In this document: positions 26,390-39,713 of the stretch, piece by piece | Position numbering within the stretch: position 1 is the first letter of the stretch | Layout of the letters: every line of letters starts with the position of its first letter | Assembly: GCF_001194135.2 (NCBI RefSeq) | Contig: NC_068981.1 | Location: forward strand, 145,771,617-145,835,616 | Length of the DNA stretch: 64,000 bases | From: Octopus bimaculoides | Lineage: Eukaryota | Reading direction: 5' to 3' | Program-made: the position numbers and the translations under genes | The notes under the pieces: model-generated | Databases searched by the model: none | Told to the model about the DNA's origin: nothing | The model's input: only the letters and a program-made list of their open reading frames with translations

Positions 26390-26928
26390 TAAAGAAAAGC
26401 TAATGGTGGTCTAGCACTGGTGTCATCCACTACAGCTTCATGAGACCTGGTAAGTCAATTGCAGTGGATGTATACATCAACCAACTGGATGAAATGATGA
26501 GTGAACTTACAATTAAACAACTGAGATTGGTCAATAGAGACAGGCCAATTCTCTTGCAAGACAATGCTCAACTACATGTTGCACAAAGAATGCTACTCAA
26601 GTTACAGGAACTGAACTTGAAAGTGCTCTGTCATCCACTATATTCACCAGACCTTGCACCAACTGACTATCATGTTTTCCAGGCATTAGACAACTTTTTG
26701 CAAGGGAAAAACTTCAAATCTGAAGAAGCATAAACAGCCTTTCGTGATTTAATCAACTCCTGTTCTCCAGAATTCTTCGCTACCTACATAAATAAGCTAC
26801 CGATAAAATGGCAAAATTGTGTTGATAATTTAGGTGCATACTTTGATTAACTGTATTGCTTTTTGCTGAGATAAGGTAAAATAAACTTTCAGTTCAAAAT
26901 CAGACATTTCATTCTTAATGACCTGATA
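26390..26928 (+). mobile_element. Mariner transposase C-terminal fragment with right terminal repeat
   Basis: ILLQDNAQLH, HPLYSPDLAPTDYH and WQNCVDNLGAYFD* motifs; ends ...AATGACCTGATA; internal stop. Confidence 0.9.
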
Positions 26929-28277
26929 TTTCATCAAATAAAATTTATTGAAAGCTCAATTATTTTATATCCCTTTTTGCATATTAAAAAATGCCCAAAA
27001 CTTTCTGGACAACCTAATATTAAGCTGCAGATGACCATATTTTTAATGATACACAACCTAAATGCTGCAATTAATTTTTAAGATAGTCAAGAGTTAAATG
27101 AAAATAACAGACGTTTTTATTTATTTTATTTATTATGCTGATCTCTGAAATATAACTTAATGAAATGTTCTAACAAAAAATTATGCTACTGAAATCTCAC
27201 ATCACTGTTTATGTAAAAAAATTATGTCAGTCAATAATTAAGAAATAAGTGGCACGTAAAAGCACCCATTACACTCTCAGAGTGGTTGGCATTAAGAAGG
27301 GCATCCAGCCATAGAAAACCATGCCAAATCAGAATGGAGTCTGGTGCAGCCTTCCAGCGGGCCAGCCCAGTCAAACTGTCCAACCCATGCCAGCATGGCC
27401 AACAGATATTAAATGATGATGATGAGTACTGATGTCATTATAAAATGCAGTTAGTACTGTCTATAAAGAGGTTGGTGAATGAGTGGAGATAATATAGTTT
27501 CGAAAAAACTCTTTAAACCTCAACTAATATTCTACTGTTTTTGAGTCATAGATAAAAAAAAAAAAATGCTATTGGTCATAGGTATGCTTACTAGCAAACG
27601 TAATGCTTATTTATTCACATTGTTTTGAATTAATCATGCATTAATTCATAGGTTTGAGATTTCAATGAGGTGACTGCATTTTTGAAGAATGACATTATAA
27701 GGTAGGTGAGAGCGACTGGATCTGGAGGATTATAACATAGAGCATGTAGAATATTTATCAGGATTGGATACAGCCAGTTTGAATGCTAAATGCTTAATTA
27801 AAACAAGCCTGGCCTAAACAACTACCAACTACTTCCTGTAGGCTGCCTGGGTTGTTCTTAGAGCTCCTACTGCTGCTTGTATGTTTAGCACATCTAAGTT
27901 CCTTGTTGTTTAAGGATCTGTCACAGATCCCACAGCGTTTTTATTGCACATATTGTATACTCCGAATATCTAATATTGACTGGCCTTCGTGCGGGTGACA
28001 CGTAAAACCACCCACTACACTCTCGAAGTGGTTGGCGTTAGGAAGGACATCCAGCTGTAGAAACTCTGCCAAATCAGATTGGAGCCTGGTGTTGCCATCC
28101 GGTTTCACCAGTCCTCAGTCAAATCGTCCAACCCATGCTAGCATGGAAAGCGGACGTTAAACGATGATGATGATATTTTGCCTACTCCTTCACTGTGTAT
28201 CAAGCATTCAAACTGTCACAGAATAAATTTTGCAAAATAATTCAAATAATTTAGATTTAAAAAGAAAAGATACAAAC

Positions 28278-28540
28278 CTGCCGCAAAAATGTAAAATTGG
28301 ATAGCAAGTGTAAGTCTTGAAACCTATTAAAAGTACAGCTACAAGGATCGAGACATCTGGGTTGTTGTAAGATAAGAGAATATCACTTTTGATTTTGGAA
28401 CCAAATGTTAAGTAGCCACATGTTGCCATAACTGTGTAAGTAATTATACAAAGGGCAATAGCCACAGCAATCGTCTTAGAAAATTCCCGTAGTGTTCTCT
28501 TTTTTAGACAAGAGTAAATGGGTATAACACTAACATGGCA
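28278..28540 (-). CDS. SLC38A7: SLC38A7-like, exon 7 (CHVSVIPIYSCL...CGYLTFG...YPILHFCGR)
   Basis: Family motifs QCHVS, G-x-LTFG, LLSY and YPILHFCGR; 263 nt, phases 0/2. Confidence 0.96.
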
Positions 28541-29954
28541 CTGAAACAAAAAGAAAAACAAGTTAATGGTATATTCATGAGAAATGTTACAGTTACTTAT
28601 GGTTATGTGAACAGGAACAACATTTATTATCAAGTATCTGAAATATGTTAATAAAAGATACATTATCTACACCCTTGTGCCTGAAGTGATTTTAAAGAAA
28701 TTCACTAATAGGCACCTCTGATGAATAACAGCAGCAGCACAATGGAGTGAGAAGATGGAGCTGTTGAGGGGAAGGCCACACTACTGCTAAAAACTATGAC
28801 ACACATACACACACAAACAAGGACACAAGCGCATGTGCACATAAGGATACACATCTTATAAGAACAGAATGGAGTAAGTGGAGCAAGAACACACATGAAA
28901 ATGAAAAGTGTCACTGAAGAGGTCACAGATGTGTGACCATCCTGAAATACAACAATATCAGTTTCAACACATGATTTCACATCAGGAATCTTGCAACACA
29001 AACTGATAACGATAATACTTCAATAAAAACTTTTCTTTCTTTATAAATTTTCAGTAATACAGAATAAACTGTAAATATAATTGTTTACACATCAATATAA
29101 TAAGAGCTACAATATTTTCTTTTCTACTCTAGGCACAAGGCCCAAAATTATTGGGGAGGGGACCAGTCAATTAGATCGACCCCAGTATGCATCTGGTACT
29201 TAATTTATTGACTCCCCAAAAGATGAAAGGCAAAGTCAACCTCGGCGGAATTTGAACTCAGAATGTAAAGACAGACGAAACACATTTTGCCCAGCGTGCC
29301 ACATTGTTCTTCCCTATTATTAATAACCCTTTTACAGTGCCAAAATATCCTATTTATCATTACAATACATTATGAAAAATTAACAATGTTAATGCAAGGA
29401 AATAGTAGAACAAAAAAAAAACAAAACTAAAACAAACCAGTATAAACTATGAATACATACAACAAACTGGGATCAAAATCTTTTTTAAATACCCAAAAAT
29501 TAGCCACAAGATTTTAATATAAACAACCAACAAAGAATTTATCAAAAAAGTATTAATCTACTGTAGAATTGAAATACTTTCTGAGTTCTAAATATTCTGG
29601 TAGAGAAAAAAAACACTTCCAAGTGCCTCTTCAGAACTACCAACCACTTGTGTGGTTCAATGGATGTATATAATCATCATCATTTAGTGTCTGCTTTCCA
29701 TGCAGGAATGGGTTAGATGGTTTCACTGAAACTGATAAGTTGGAGAACTGCACCAAGTTCCAGTCTGATTTGACATGGTTTCTATGGCTGGATGCCCTTC
29801 CTAATGCCAACCACTCTGAGAGTGTGTAATGGGTGCTTTTTATGTGCCACCAACACAGGTGCCAGTTACGTGACACTGGCAACAGCCACAACTACAATTT
29901 CACTTGGTTTTATATATATATATATATATGTAGATAGATAGATATATACATACA

Positions 29955-30068
29955 CAGTATTTACAATGGATGGATAGGTGCCTTCATCTTGTTTGTTGAT
30001 ACCACAATGCTTCGGCTGATGTACTCTAGAGCTTTCATCAGGTGTTCTAATGTAATTTCGAACCCAAC
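29955..30068 (-). mobile_element. Second, more decayed copy of the hammerhead-bearing tail (motif at 30001-30046)
   Basis: AACAC-CTGATGA-A-AGCTC-TAGAGTACAT-CAGCC-GAAG-C-ATT-GTGGT, followed by the same CAACAAACAAGATGA...TATCCATC tail as the 13.4-kb copy. Confidence 0.7.
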
Positions 30069-31278
30069 CCTTTATTTGACTAATGGGGTACACTGTTCTC
30101 ATTCAGGAGGAGGTCTCTGTTTTTCCATACATGATCAGCTATATTTGATTTTTCAACATCCCCTTATGTCACAGCTTTACAATGTTCCTCTACCCGTACT
30201 TTAAGGGGGCAAACTTCTTAAGAACACAACTATAAAAAAGGGAAGTATCATACAATTTTGTCTATTGATTAAATAAGATAGGATGATCACAACTAAAATG
30301 CTCCATCAGGGCTGATTTTGGGATTAAACAATAACAGCAAGCAAGATGAAGTATGGTAGTTTAGAATGTACAGATAAAATGCTTTTACATGTGAAGAGAA
30401 CAGAAGACAAAGGGCTCATTTCAGTAAAATTACAATAATTTGAAATTAACTTACAGGTAAACTGAATATATTAACTAGCCTGAGGTTGAAAACTGCTATT
30501 TAGTGAATGCTAAACACAGTTTTAATATTACCATTAAATAGCCAACCTACTCAATATTACATACATCTATACTAAAAAGAGAAATGAAATAGTTGATAAA
30601 TATCCAAACTAGAGCAATTATTCATTAGGTTACATCAAGTGGATAAAACTAAAATTTTTAAAAGATTTATCACTTAAGGGAGTGAACTAGTAGAGTTGTT
30701 AGAGTATTGGATAGAATGCCTTATAGTATTTGTAGATCTCTGTACTGTGAGTTCAAATCCAACTGAAGCCAACTTAACATTTAATCCTTTCAGGGTTAAT
30801 AAAAAGAAAGAAAACAGAGTATCAATCCAAGGTGGTAAAGAGACAGAATTGAAACAAGATTGGGCAAGATGCTTTGAGGCATTTGTTCTGGCTCTTTGCT
30901 TTCTGACAGCAACATCTATAATGACACAATGACACTGGTGCCAAACTGTATTTGCCCAATTTGGCAGCTTTACCTTGGATATAAACATCAGTGTTGTGAA
31001 AAGCAGACTTTACCAGTCTTTCCCAAAATAATCTTGCCCATACATGGTTGACCTTGACTGAAAAGGCCCAAATGATAATTTATCAGTTAGAAGAAGGTCC
31101 ACATTCATGACCTTTGTAGGCTCTGAGACTTGTAAAGGGAAAAGACAAAAGAAAAACTACAACTTGTTTTACTGCAGTAGGAAGCAACATGCTAAGATAT
31201 AGATTAATCCTAAGATTGGAGAAACTACAAGACAAAATATTGATGTATGTGCTAATAAGGGCAATAAATTGGACTCAC

Positions 31279-31336
31279 CTGATAGGAGAAACAAACAGTA
31301 GGCATGACATAAAAGACATCAATCCAATTTTCAGGT
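31279..31336 (-). CDS. SLC38A7: SLC38A7-like, exon 6 (SPENWIDVFYVMPTVCFSYQ)
   Basis: Corresponds to PASWMAVFNAMPTICFGFQ. Acceptor ttttcattcag, donor GTGAGT, 58 nt, phases 2/0. Confidence 0.93.
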
Positions 31337-32114
31337 CTGAATGAAAATAAATAAAATAAATATATATATATATATATAATTTTTGTTATTCTTTTACTTA
31401 TATCAGTAATTGAATCACTGCCATATAGGTTAGAAAAAGTTAGTCAATTATATCAAGCTCAGTATTCAAGTTTGATGCTCTGTTAACTGATCTCCTTTTA
31501 ATAAAATGGTCAAGTTCATCTACTGAGTTACTTCTCTTAGTAACATAAGCATCTTAACACTTTAGCATTCAGATTGTCAAATGTAATGCTTATATAACCA
31601 AATTGTTTTAAATTAAGCATGCAATACATTGTAGCATTGAAATTTTGATGATGTGATTGTTTATTCTTAGAATGACATTGTAGGGCAAATGTGCAAAGGC
31701 AGATCTAGCCAGTTTGAACATAAAACAGGTAGAATATTTGGGACAGATACAGCCAGTTTAAATGCTAAAGGGTTGAAGTATTAACTTGTACTTAAGCTGA
31801 CAGACACACATGCGTGCTTGTGCAAGAAGCTACCTGACTGTTACTGTCTACCTAAGTCAACCTACAAAGCAGTGGTGAATTCAAGGCTCTGATATAATCC
31901 AATATGTGACAAGGATGATCTTTTGAATTACAAGCACAATTCAGTCAACAAACTTCCACACAGTTTCCATTAAACTAATTTCTCACTTTCTCTCACAAGC
32001 TTTCGATCAACTTGAGGAAAAACAAACAATTGGTCAAGAAATGCAGAAAAGGGTTAGTGACAGAAAGGGCAGCTAACTGTAAAGCATGCTTCAACTATAT
32101 GCATTTGTCTAAAC

Positions 32115-32300
32115 CAGGGCTGGCCAACCGGAGGCCTGCGGGCTTTTGTCTTGCAGCCCCACTGATACTTTTTCTTGAAATGGGTTTATTGAAAAGAAGT
32201 TTGCAAAAAATAAAACAAGAAGCTCAATAACTGATGAAAATTTGAGCAGTCAATTGTGCTGTGCAGTAAGTAACCTTGAAATAGATTTGAAGAAAATAAG
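32115..32300 (+). mobile_element. hAT (Charlie/SPIN-like) non-autonomous fragment
   Basis: CAGGGCTGGCCAAC terminus plus ITDENLSSQLCCAVSNLEIDLKK, resembling the hAT dimerisation-domain C-terminus. Confidence 0.6.
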
Positions 32301-32662
32301 TCCTGATGGAGGGGCAACAGTCCCTGAAATATGACATATATATTCATTACCCATTTTTGTCTTCGATCACAATGTCTGTTTACATCTGACGTCTTGATGT
32401 GAAAAGTTGCAGCAAAAATCAGTGCTGGTTATAGCTTCTATAGAATATGTGTAGAAACAACTTTAAGAATAATGTAACAAGCACTGCTGATGTAGTAGGG
32501 TGTGATACTGACTCATAGAAAAAACATTTAGTATACTTCATAGTATATTGTGTTTGCATAATGAAGTACCACGTACCTACAAACCTTTAATAAATATCAA
32601 ATTATAGTGATGGTGAGGAAGTTTAGGATATAAAACTGTAGAAAATGGCAAGTGTTACTTAC

Positions 32663-32755
32663 GAAGTGCGTATATATTCAGGAGGACTTTCAAGTAATGC
32701 ATATTTAACAATAACAACAATCACAACATATATAACAGCCACAACTCCTAGGCAA
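32663..32755 (-). CDS. SLC38A7: SLC38A7-like, exon 5 (SCLGVVAVIYVVIVVIVKYALLESPPEYIRT)
   Basis: Absent from the ORF track and found by reading the - strand. Acceptor atttccag, donor GTAAGT, 93 nt, phases 2/2; hydrophobic helix ending IVKY. Confidence 0.9.
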
Positions 32756-33062
32756 CTGGAAATATATAGAATATAAAAATGCAAGGTTCTATGAATCTCA
32801 GAGTAAATGACAAAACATTGAAATGAACTTAACATAAAAATTCCAATAAAATATTTGGATGATTATAGTAAACAATAACTATTTAAAACATATGCACCAT
32901 TATATTTACCCTTGCTTTACTTTGTGACAGAGCTACATATATAATAAAATATTAAAAAAATTTTGTCACATCTATGGCCAGAACCTGACACAATGCTACA
33001 TCTGAGATACAGTGGAATAGTGGAAGTCAAAAGCAACTCAAAAGTGTAATTTCAATACTAAC

Positions 33063-33201
33063 CTTGCATACTTTAGGAAATCTATCTTCTTAGGGAAACA
33101 GAATGGTAAAATGAGTATTGTTGAGGTCACTGTTATAGTAAATATTCGGTCCATATACCAAGGATTTGTACAGAAAAGGCTCTTATTAACAAAGATAAAA
33201 A
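33063..33201 (-). CDS. SLC38A7: SLC38A7-like, exon 4 (FFIFVNKSLFCTNPWYMDRIFTITVTSTILILPFCFPKKIDFLKYA)
   Basis: PWY-x-DR-x-FTI and ILP...KYAS motifs; 139 nt, phases 1/2. Confidence 0.93.
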
Positions 33202-33240
33202 CTGAAAAGAGAAAACGCATGCATTAATATTAATTTTAAG

Positions 33241-33900
33241 GATACGAAGACAGGGAAAGCCCCCCAGCCCATCAGGAATCAACACTGAGATGCTTAAAAT
33301 ATCCAGTGGTGTGGGTTATGGCCTAGTCACTCGTATTGTAAATGAGGTGGTTCATGAAGAAGTCACACCCAATGACGAGTGAAGCAGCACCATAGTCAAC
33401 TGCTACAAAGTTAAAAGGTAATGCCTTAGATAGAAATAATTATAGAGGTATCAAATTGTTGGATCAGGTGATGAAGGTTGCAGAGAGAGTCATAGCCCAA
33501 CTAATCAGGGGGAGAAAGAGAGAGAGAGTCTAGATAAGATGCAGTTTGGCTTTGTGCCAGGTAGAAGCACCACTAATGCAATATTTCTGGTAAGGCAACT
33601 GCAGGAGAAATACTTAACCAAAGACAAACCTCTGTACTTGGCTTTTGTTGATTTGGAGAAAGCTTTTGACAGGGTCCCCTGATCCATTATCTGGTGGTCA
33701 ACGCAGAAACTAGAGATAGACGAATGGTTGGTGAGAGCTGACAGGTGTGTAAAGAAGTGCCGATCTCTAACTGTCGAGGGAACCTGTGTTAGAGATAGAC
33801 TGAGGAAGACATGGGACGAAGTAGTGAAACATTACCTTCGAACTTTGTACCTCACAGAGGCAATGACTAGTGACCAAGAACTTTGGTGATGTACTCTTTT
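33241..33900 (+). mobile_element. Internally deleted RTE LINE in SLC38A7 intron 3 (antisense)
   Basis: GKAP, YRGIKLLDQVMKV, MQFGFVPGRSTT and AFVDLEKAFDRVP, then a jump near 33740 to the C-terminal RKTWDEVVK segment and shared tail. Confidence 0.9.
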
Positions 33901-35267
33901 TAAGAGGACCCATCAAGCCAAGTGCACTCGTGCTGGTGACACATAAAAAAAAAAAAATCAACCTTTGAACATTGGGCCTTACGGAGGCAAAGTGGCAGAG
34001 TTCTTTTCGAGTGTTGGGTCTAACTGAGGCATAGTGGCTGAGTTCCTTTCGAGTGTTGGGCCTCATGGAAGCAAAGTAGCCAAGTTACTTTCAAGTGTTG
34101 GGCCTCATGGAAGCAATGACCAAGACCTTTGGCATTATGTTGTGCTGGAGAAGAAGACCCATCAAGCCGAGCAAAGTGCAGTCGTGGCAGATACCGGTGT
34201 CACGCAAATGGCACGTAAGAGCACCCATTACACTCTCGGAGTGTTTGGTGTTATGATGGGCATTCAACGATAGTAAACCATACCAAATCAGACTGGAGCC
34301 TGGTGCAGCCTTCCAGCGAACCACTCCAGTCAAACTGTTTAACCCATGCCGGCATGGACAACGGACGTTAAATGATGTTGATGACTGAAAATGTTCCAGC
34401 ATAAATTGATCATGTAATAATTATGAAGACTAAACTTTTACCCACATGTAGGAGCGATGTGGTAGCATAGCTTGAAAAGTTTTCGTTACCTTTAAATAAA
34501 AAATACTGCTGAGTGAACAAGTGTCAAGCAATATAGTAGAAAGAGATTGTGATGATACTGTTTCAATACCTTTAAATTAACCCTTTAGCATTCAGATTAT
34601 TTCGTTAAATATAATGCTTATTTATTCACATTGTTTTGAATTAATCATGCATTATCATGTAGCTCCAAGACTTTGATGATGTGGTAGTTCATTTTTAGAA
34701 TGACATTGTAGGGTAAGTGTGAGGAGCTGCATTTTGCCAGCTTGAACACAATGCAGGTAGAATATTTTGGCTGGATATGGTTGGTTTAAATGTTAAAGGG
34801 CTAAATTAAAAGCACTAAACGGGAGTATCATTTCAAACTTACTACAACAGTTGTGTTGTGTTCTTTAACCCTTTAGCATTTAAACCAGTCATATTCAGCC
34901 TAAATATTTAAACTAGCCATATTCAGCCTACTTGTTTTATATTCAAACCAGTCAGATCTTGTCTTTCACATCTACCCTATAATGTCATTCCAAATATATG
35001 CAATCACACGATTGAAATCTTGAAGCTACAAGATAATGCATGATTAATTTAAAACAAAAGGGACTGAATAAGCATTACATTTAACAGAGTAATATGAATG
35101 CTAAGGGTAGAGGTGTCTTCTCAATCTATTTGCATGACAATTAAGTTCCATTTCAACTTCACATGATTATCTAGTAAAATGCAGCAAATTTTAAAAACAA
35201 TGCAAGTTAGCAAATAGCAACTTCCATACTTGTATAAAAACAGATTAAACAATATTTGGCTACTTAC

Positions 35268-35466
35268 ATTCTTGCCATTGGTCGCCAATGATGATAAGAA
35301 AAGTGATGCAGGTACCATAGCAGTAAAGCGTGATTGCAATAGAACACCACAACAGACCCTGATGGCCACACAGATAGAAAACAACTTCTTGGTAGTTAGT
35401 ACTTTGGTTTTTATCAGAGCAGTACACTAGAATTAATAGAGCTGCCACCACAAATATCATCAAAAA
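35268..35466 (-). CDS. SLC38A7: SLC38A7-like, exon 3 (FLMIFVVAALLILVYCSDKNQSTNYQEVV...GTCITFLIIIGDQWQE)
   Basis: Matches IL-x-YCS...YQEVV and GTCI-x-FLIIIGDQ; 199 nt, phases 0/1. Confidence 0.95.
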
Positions 35467-36152
35467 CTGAAAGAAAAATGAAAAACACTCCTTTAAGTTT
35501 ATAGAATAGAAGAATATTCTAAAAAGCTCATTATCAGTCAAGGTCTTATTATACCAATATTTTTGCCTTTGATTTGTTTCCATAGTTAAGATTAAAGTGT
35601 TTGCTACATGAGTCAATACATTTTCAATAACTTTAGTAAAAAAACTAGAATGGAAAGACAAAAAATTGTGAACTAGTATTCTGTCTTAGACAATTGCATC
35701 TTCTGCACCATCTCTCTTTTCCAACTAGGATAATCTTGCATCTGTCCTAAAGTAAGATTTGTATCTGTCCCTCTATCATACTTTAACCTCTCACCACTTA
35801 GTACAAAGTCACTTTCCTCAATACTACAGCCCACCCTCAGCTGAGGAGTCTTGTCTTGCAAGTTACCTGGTGACCTCAATGGTGCTAATGCCACATAAAA
35901 AACACCAAGTGAACACTGTAAAGTGGTTGGTGTTAGGAAGGGCATTCAGCCATAGAAACCATGCCAAAGCAGATACTGGAGCTTTGTGCAGTCTGGCTCA
36001 CCAGTTCCTGTTGAAATTTTCAACCCATGCCAGTATGGGAAACAGACAATAAAGAGTGATGATGAATTGTATGTAAATCTTTCTAGAGCATGTTTACATC
36101 TTCATGTAAAGCAAAAAATAACAGATTATAGCTCTAAAGTACAAGTGACAAG

Positions 36153-36317
36153 TACCATATTTTAACGTGTATAAGAAACCCCCTAATCTTTGGGGCTTAA
36201 AATTTGGAAGAAAGGTTTTGCAAAGGATTATAATACTATCCATGTATAAGAAACTCCCATATTTTTTTAACCTAATTTTTGACAAAAAGGGTTCCTTAAA
36301 TACATTAAAATACGGTA
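36153..36317. mobile_element. Tigger/pogo-like MITE
   Basis: Imperfect TIRs TACCATATTTAACGTGTATAAGAAACCC and GGGTTCCTTAAATACATTAAAATACGGTA with TA ends. Confidence 0.65.
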
Positions 36318-37169
36318 TATAACAAAAAATGTTTTCGAAGAGGTTCTCTCCAAAGACTGCACCTTTAGTATTGCCAATGTGAACTTCACACTGTCTTAAC
36401 CAAATGTTTCAGAAAATATACAATTTCAAAAGAATTTATGTATTTCATGCTTCTTTATAAACTTTTAACAATCCTAGTTTCGAAAATAACCATGGAATTG
36501 CAATGGATACTACAAGCACATATTGGTTTCAAATTTTGGCACAAAGCCAGCAATTTCAGGGAGGGGATAAATTGAGTACATCGATCCCCAGTGCTCAACT
36601 GATGATTTATTAACCCTGAAAGAATGAAAGGCAAAGTTGACCTTGGTGGAATTTGAACTCAGAACAAAGATGGACGAAATGCCACAAAGTATTGCCCTGA
36701 GTACTAACTTTTCTGCCAGCTTGCTGCTTTACTACAAGCATATATTAACCCTTTTGATACCAACGCAGCTGAAACCACCTCTGGCCCTGTAGTACAAATG
36801 TCTTGTTTTCAAAAGTTCTGAACTAAAATCTTCCACCAAACCTTAGTCACTATTTATGCTCCTAACACCAGAATGATTAAGTTACTTTACTAAATTCTTT
36901 GTTATATTTAAAATTAATTGAAAGAAACACAGATCATCTCATCAGAAATATGGGAACAAAAGGGTTCATATGATAATGTTGTTGAAGTAAACATAATAGA
37001 AACATAGGAAAAGGGTAATTAGAAAGTCTTACTATCACGTGTGTACATGATAGCAAGACTATTCTGTACACATATGCATGGGTGTATGTGATAGCTTTGC
37101 AACATGAAACTTTGATGAAGCACAGAAGAAATATAACAATAGAGAAGAAAAAAAAAAAGAAATATTTAC

Positions 37170-37294
37170 TGCTTGAATGACTATGCCAATGAGAACCCCA
37201 CCAGCTTGGTAGTAAGATTCTGGGAAATTGAGAAGACCAGCACCCAATGCAGCATTGACAACAAGGAATACTGCAGCAAACCAACTTGTGCCCA
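37170..37294 (-). CDS. SLC38A7: SLC38A7-like, exon 2 (VGTSWFAAVFLVVNAALGAGLLNFPESYYQAGGVLIGIVIQA)
   Basis: TM1 motif VNAxLGAGLLNFP of SLC38A7/8; AG/GT boundaries; 125 nt. Confidence 0.95.
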
Positions 37295-38099
37295 CTAATA
37301 AGTGAATAAAGAAATAAAATATTAAAAAATACAAAAAGTAGAAAAATAGCAGAAAAAACTGAAACAAGATGAAAATCTATTATGTTTTTTTTTAACAAGA
37401 TGTTTCTAGTATCATATAGTCTTCATATAAATCACCTTGTGGTGACTTGAATACATCATTAGTGATATTACCTGGGTTAACTGGGTGTTTTAAGTCTTTC
37501 AACAATTAGATGCTGTCACCCAGGTAATTCGGCCTGGATCAGTTAAGTTCCAGTTTGAACCCAGTTAACAGTATCACCATACTTCCCACCTGATTCATAG
37601 CCACTTTGAAGCAGCTTCTGTTACCTTTGTAGTTAACTTGATGGCCTTCTGCCTACTGGCTCCTGTGATGTTGTAGGCTTTACAGAGGGAATGGGTTGTA
37701 AATTGATGAAAATATCCCAAACTTATACTTTTGAAAACATTGCGCTATGAAAGCTGTTGCATTATCAAGATTCTGTAGAAAATCACTAACCATTAACACA
37801 CAACTATTTCCAAAATAGTCAGTTATGCCTCTTCACGTTAAGTCCAAATTCCACCAATGTTAATTTAGTTCTTTGCTATTTCTTTGATGTTGTTCACTAT
37901 AAAGTTGCTCCTGATCAAGCAGACCTATGATGAAAAGCATTCCAGCCATGATCATCTCATCTCTCTTTTTCAGATATAGTGTACCCCCAGACAATATTAT
38001 CTAATGTATTCTAATTTTTTAGGTAACTGGGTGTGATTTAAAGAAAATTTGGCTACTAAGTACCAGTCCTAAGCTCAAGGACATTCCACCCATAGCCAT

Positions 38100-38470
38100 C
38101 TCTTTTTACTCTTTTACTTGTTTCAGTCATTTGACTGTGGCCATGCTGGAGCACCGCCTTTAGTCGAGCTAATCGACCCCAGGACTTATTCTTTGTAAGC
38201 CTAGTACTTATTCTATCAGTCTCTTTTTGCCGAACCACTAAGTTACGGGGACGTAAACACACCAGCATCGGTTGTCAAGCGATGGTGGGGGACAAACACA
38301 GACACACAAACATATATATATATATATATGTATATACATATATACAATGGGCTTCTTTCAGTTTCCATCTACCAAATCCACTCACAAGGCTTTGGTCGGC
38401 CTGAAGCAATAGTAGAAGATACTTGTCCAAGGTGCCATGCAGTGGGACTGAACCCGGAACCATGTAGTTT
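38100..38470 (-). mobile_element. Long tRNA-derived SINE. Related pieces: 1-40, ~6075-6430, 10860-10960, 20160-20290, 25600-25760, 52350-52490, 63845-63990
   Basis: GGTTCCGGGTTCAGTCCCACTGC B-box region, CCTTGGGCAAGTGTCTTCT core, internal (TA)/(CA) tract and GACTGAAACAAGTAAAAGA tail. Confidence 0.8.
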
Positions 38471-39382
38471 AATGTCCATTTATGCTTCAGGAAATAAAAA
38501 GGTTGCCCAAATATTTGCAATGTTACTTTCTACAAATTATAAGTTTAAATCCAGCATCAACTGAATTATGTTGATTCATATTTGTATGGCATTGTCAAAG
38601 AAATAGAAACCTAAATAACAAAAGTAGCATTAATTTACTTACATGCCAGTGGCACCTAAAGAAGCATCATTCAAGCGTTGGGTCTCATGGAGGTAATGTA
38701 GCTGATACCAGCGTCATGTAACAGACACCCATGCTGGTGGAATGTAAAAAGCATCATTCGGGAACTGGACTTTACAGAGGCAATATGACTGATGCTGGTG
38801 TCACGTAATTGGCACCCATTACATTCTCCGAGTGGTTGGCATTAGGAAGGGCATCCAGCTGTAGAAACCATGTCAAATCAGACCAGAGTCTAGTGCAGCT
38901 CCTCAATTTACCAGCCCTGGCCAAACCGTCCAACCCATGCCAGCATAGACAATGGACGTTTAATGATGATGTTGATTAGGCAAAACTACAGAAGTATACC
39001 CCTCCACCCTGCTGATTTTGTTTCTTCATAACTTCCAGAAAACGAATATTTTCAAATGAAATTTTCTACAAATACCTTTTAGATAGTGTAGATTACAATC
39101 ATACTGGAGTTTAATGTAAATAAGAAAAAAAAAAAGTGGGGAGGGGAGTAGGGACATGTCTAGCATCTTGACTTAGTTTTCCGTGCATAATTTAATAACT
39201 TCATTATACGTATGTTGAAAAAATATTTTCGAGAACTATTCTTCCCGTTCTCAAAAATTCTGTGAAAGAAATCTTTGTAGGAAAAAAGAGTGCTATGTTA
39301 GCACTTATATTGAATACATATTTCATTTAAAAAAATTAGTATATTTTAATCTCGCAACGTGAGATATTCAGCAACAGTACTT

Positions 39383-39713
39383 TGTAGAAAAGATTGTCAA
39401 CATAACATGGCAGTCCCAATTTAGGACTAATGTTGCTGTAATTCAGCCCTAAGAGACACCATCTCCAGCTGGCTATATGATATGATTTGTGTCCTTATAT
39501 TTTCAAATAAGGGAATCTAGCACCCCCACTCAGCTCAAAACAATATCTGTGTATCGATACACAGATATTGTTTTGAGCTTATTTTGAAAAAATATAAGGA
39601 CACAAATCGTGTCATATAGCCAGCTGGAGGTGGTGTCTCCTGGGGCTGAATTACAGCAACATTAGTCCCAAACCAGGACTGCCATGTTATGTTGACAAAC
39701 AATCTTTACTACA
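39383..39713. repeat. About 330-bp fold-back palindrome with a perfect spacer-less 48-bp core (39532-39579)
   Basis: Arms align by eye, centred on ATCGAT at 39555/39556; the left arm has an extra ~20-nt block. Confidence 0.9.

Noticed and set aside
32440-32585. VGTWY-containing frame resembling human SLC38A7 exon 5
   Set aside because: The following sequence is not transmembrane-like. The real exon 5 at 32755-32663 has correct phases.
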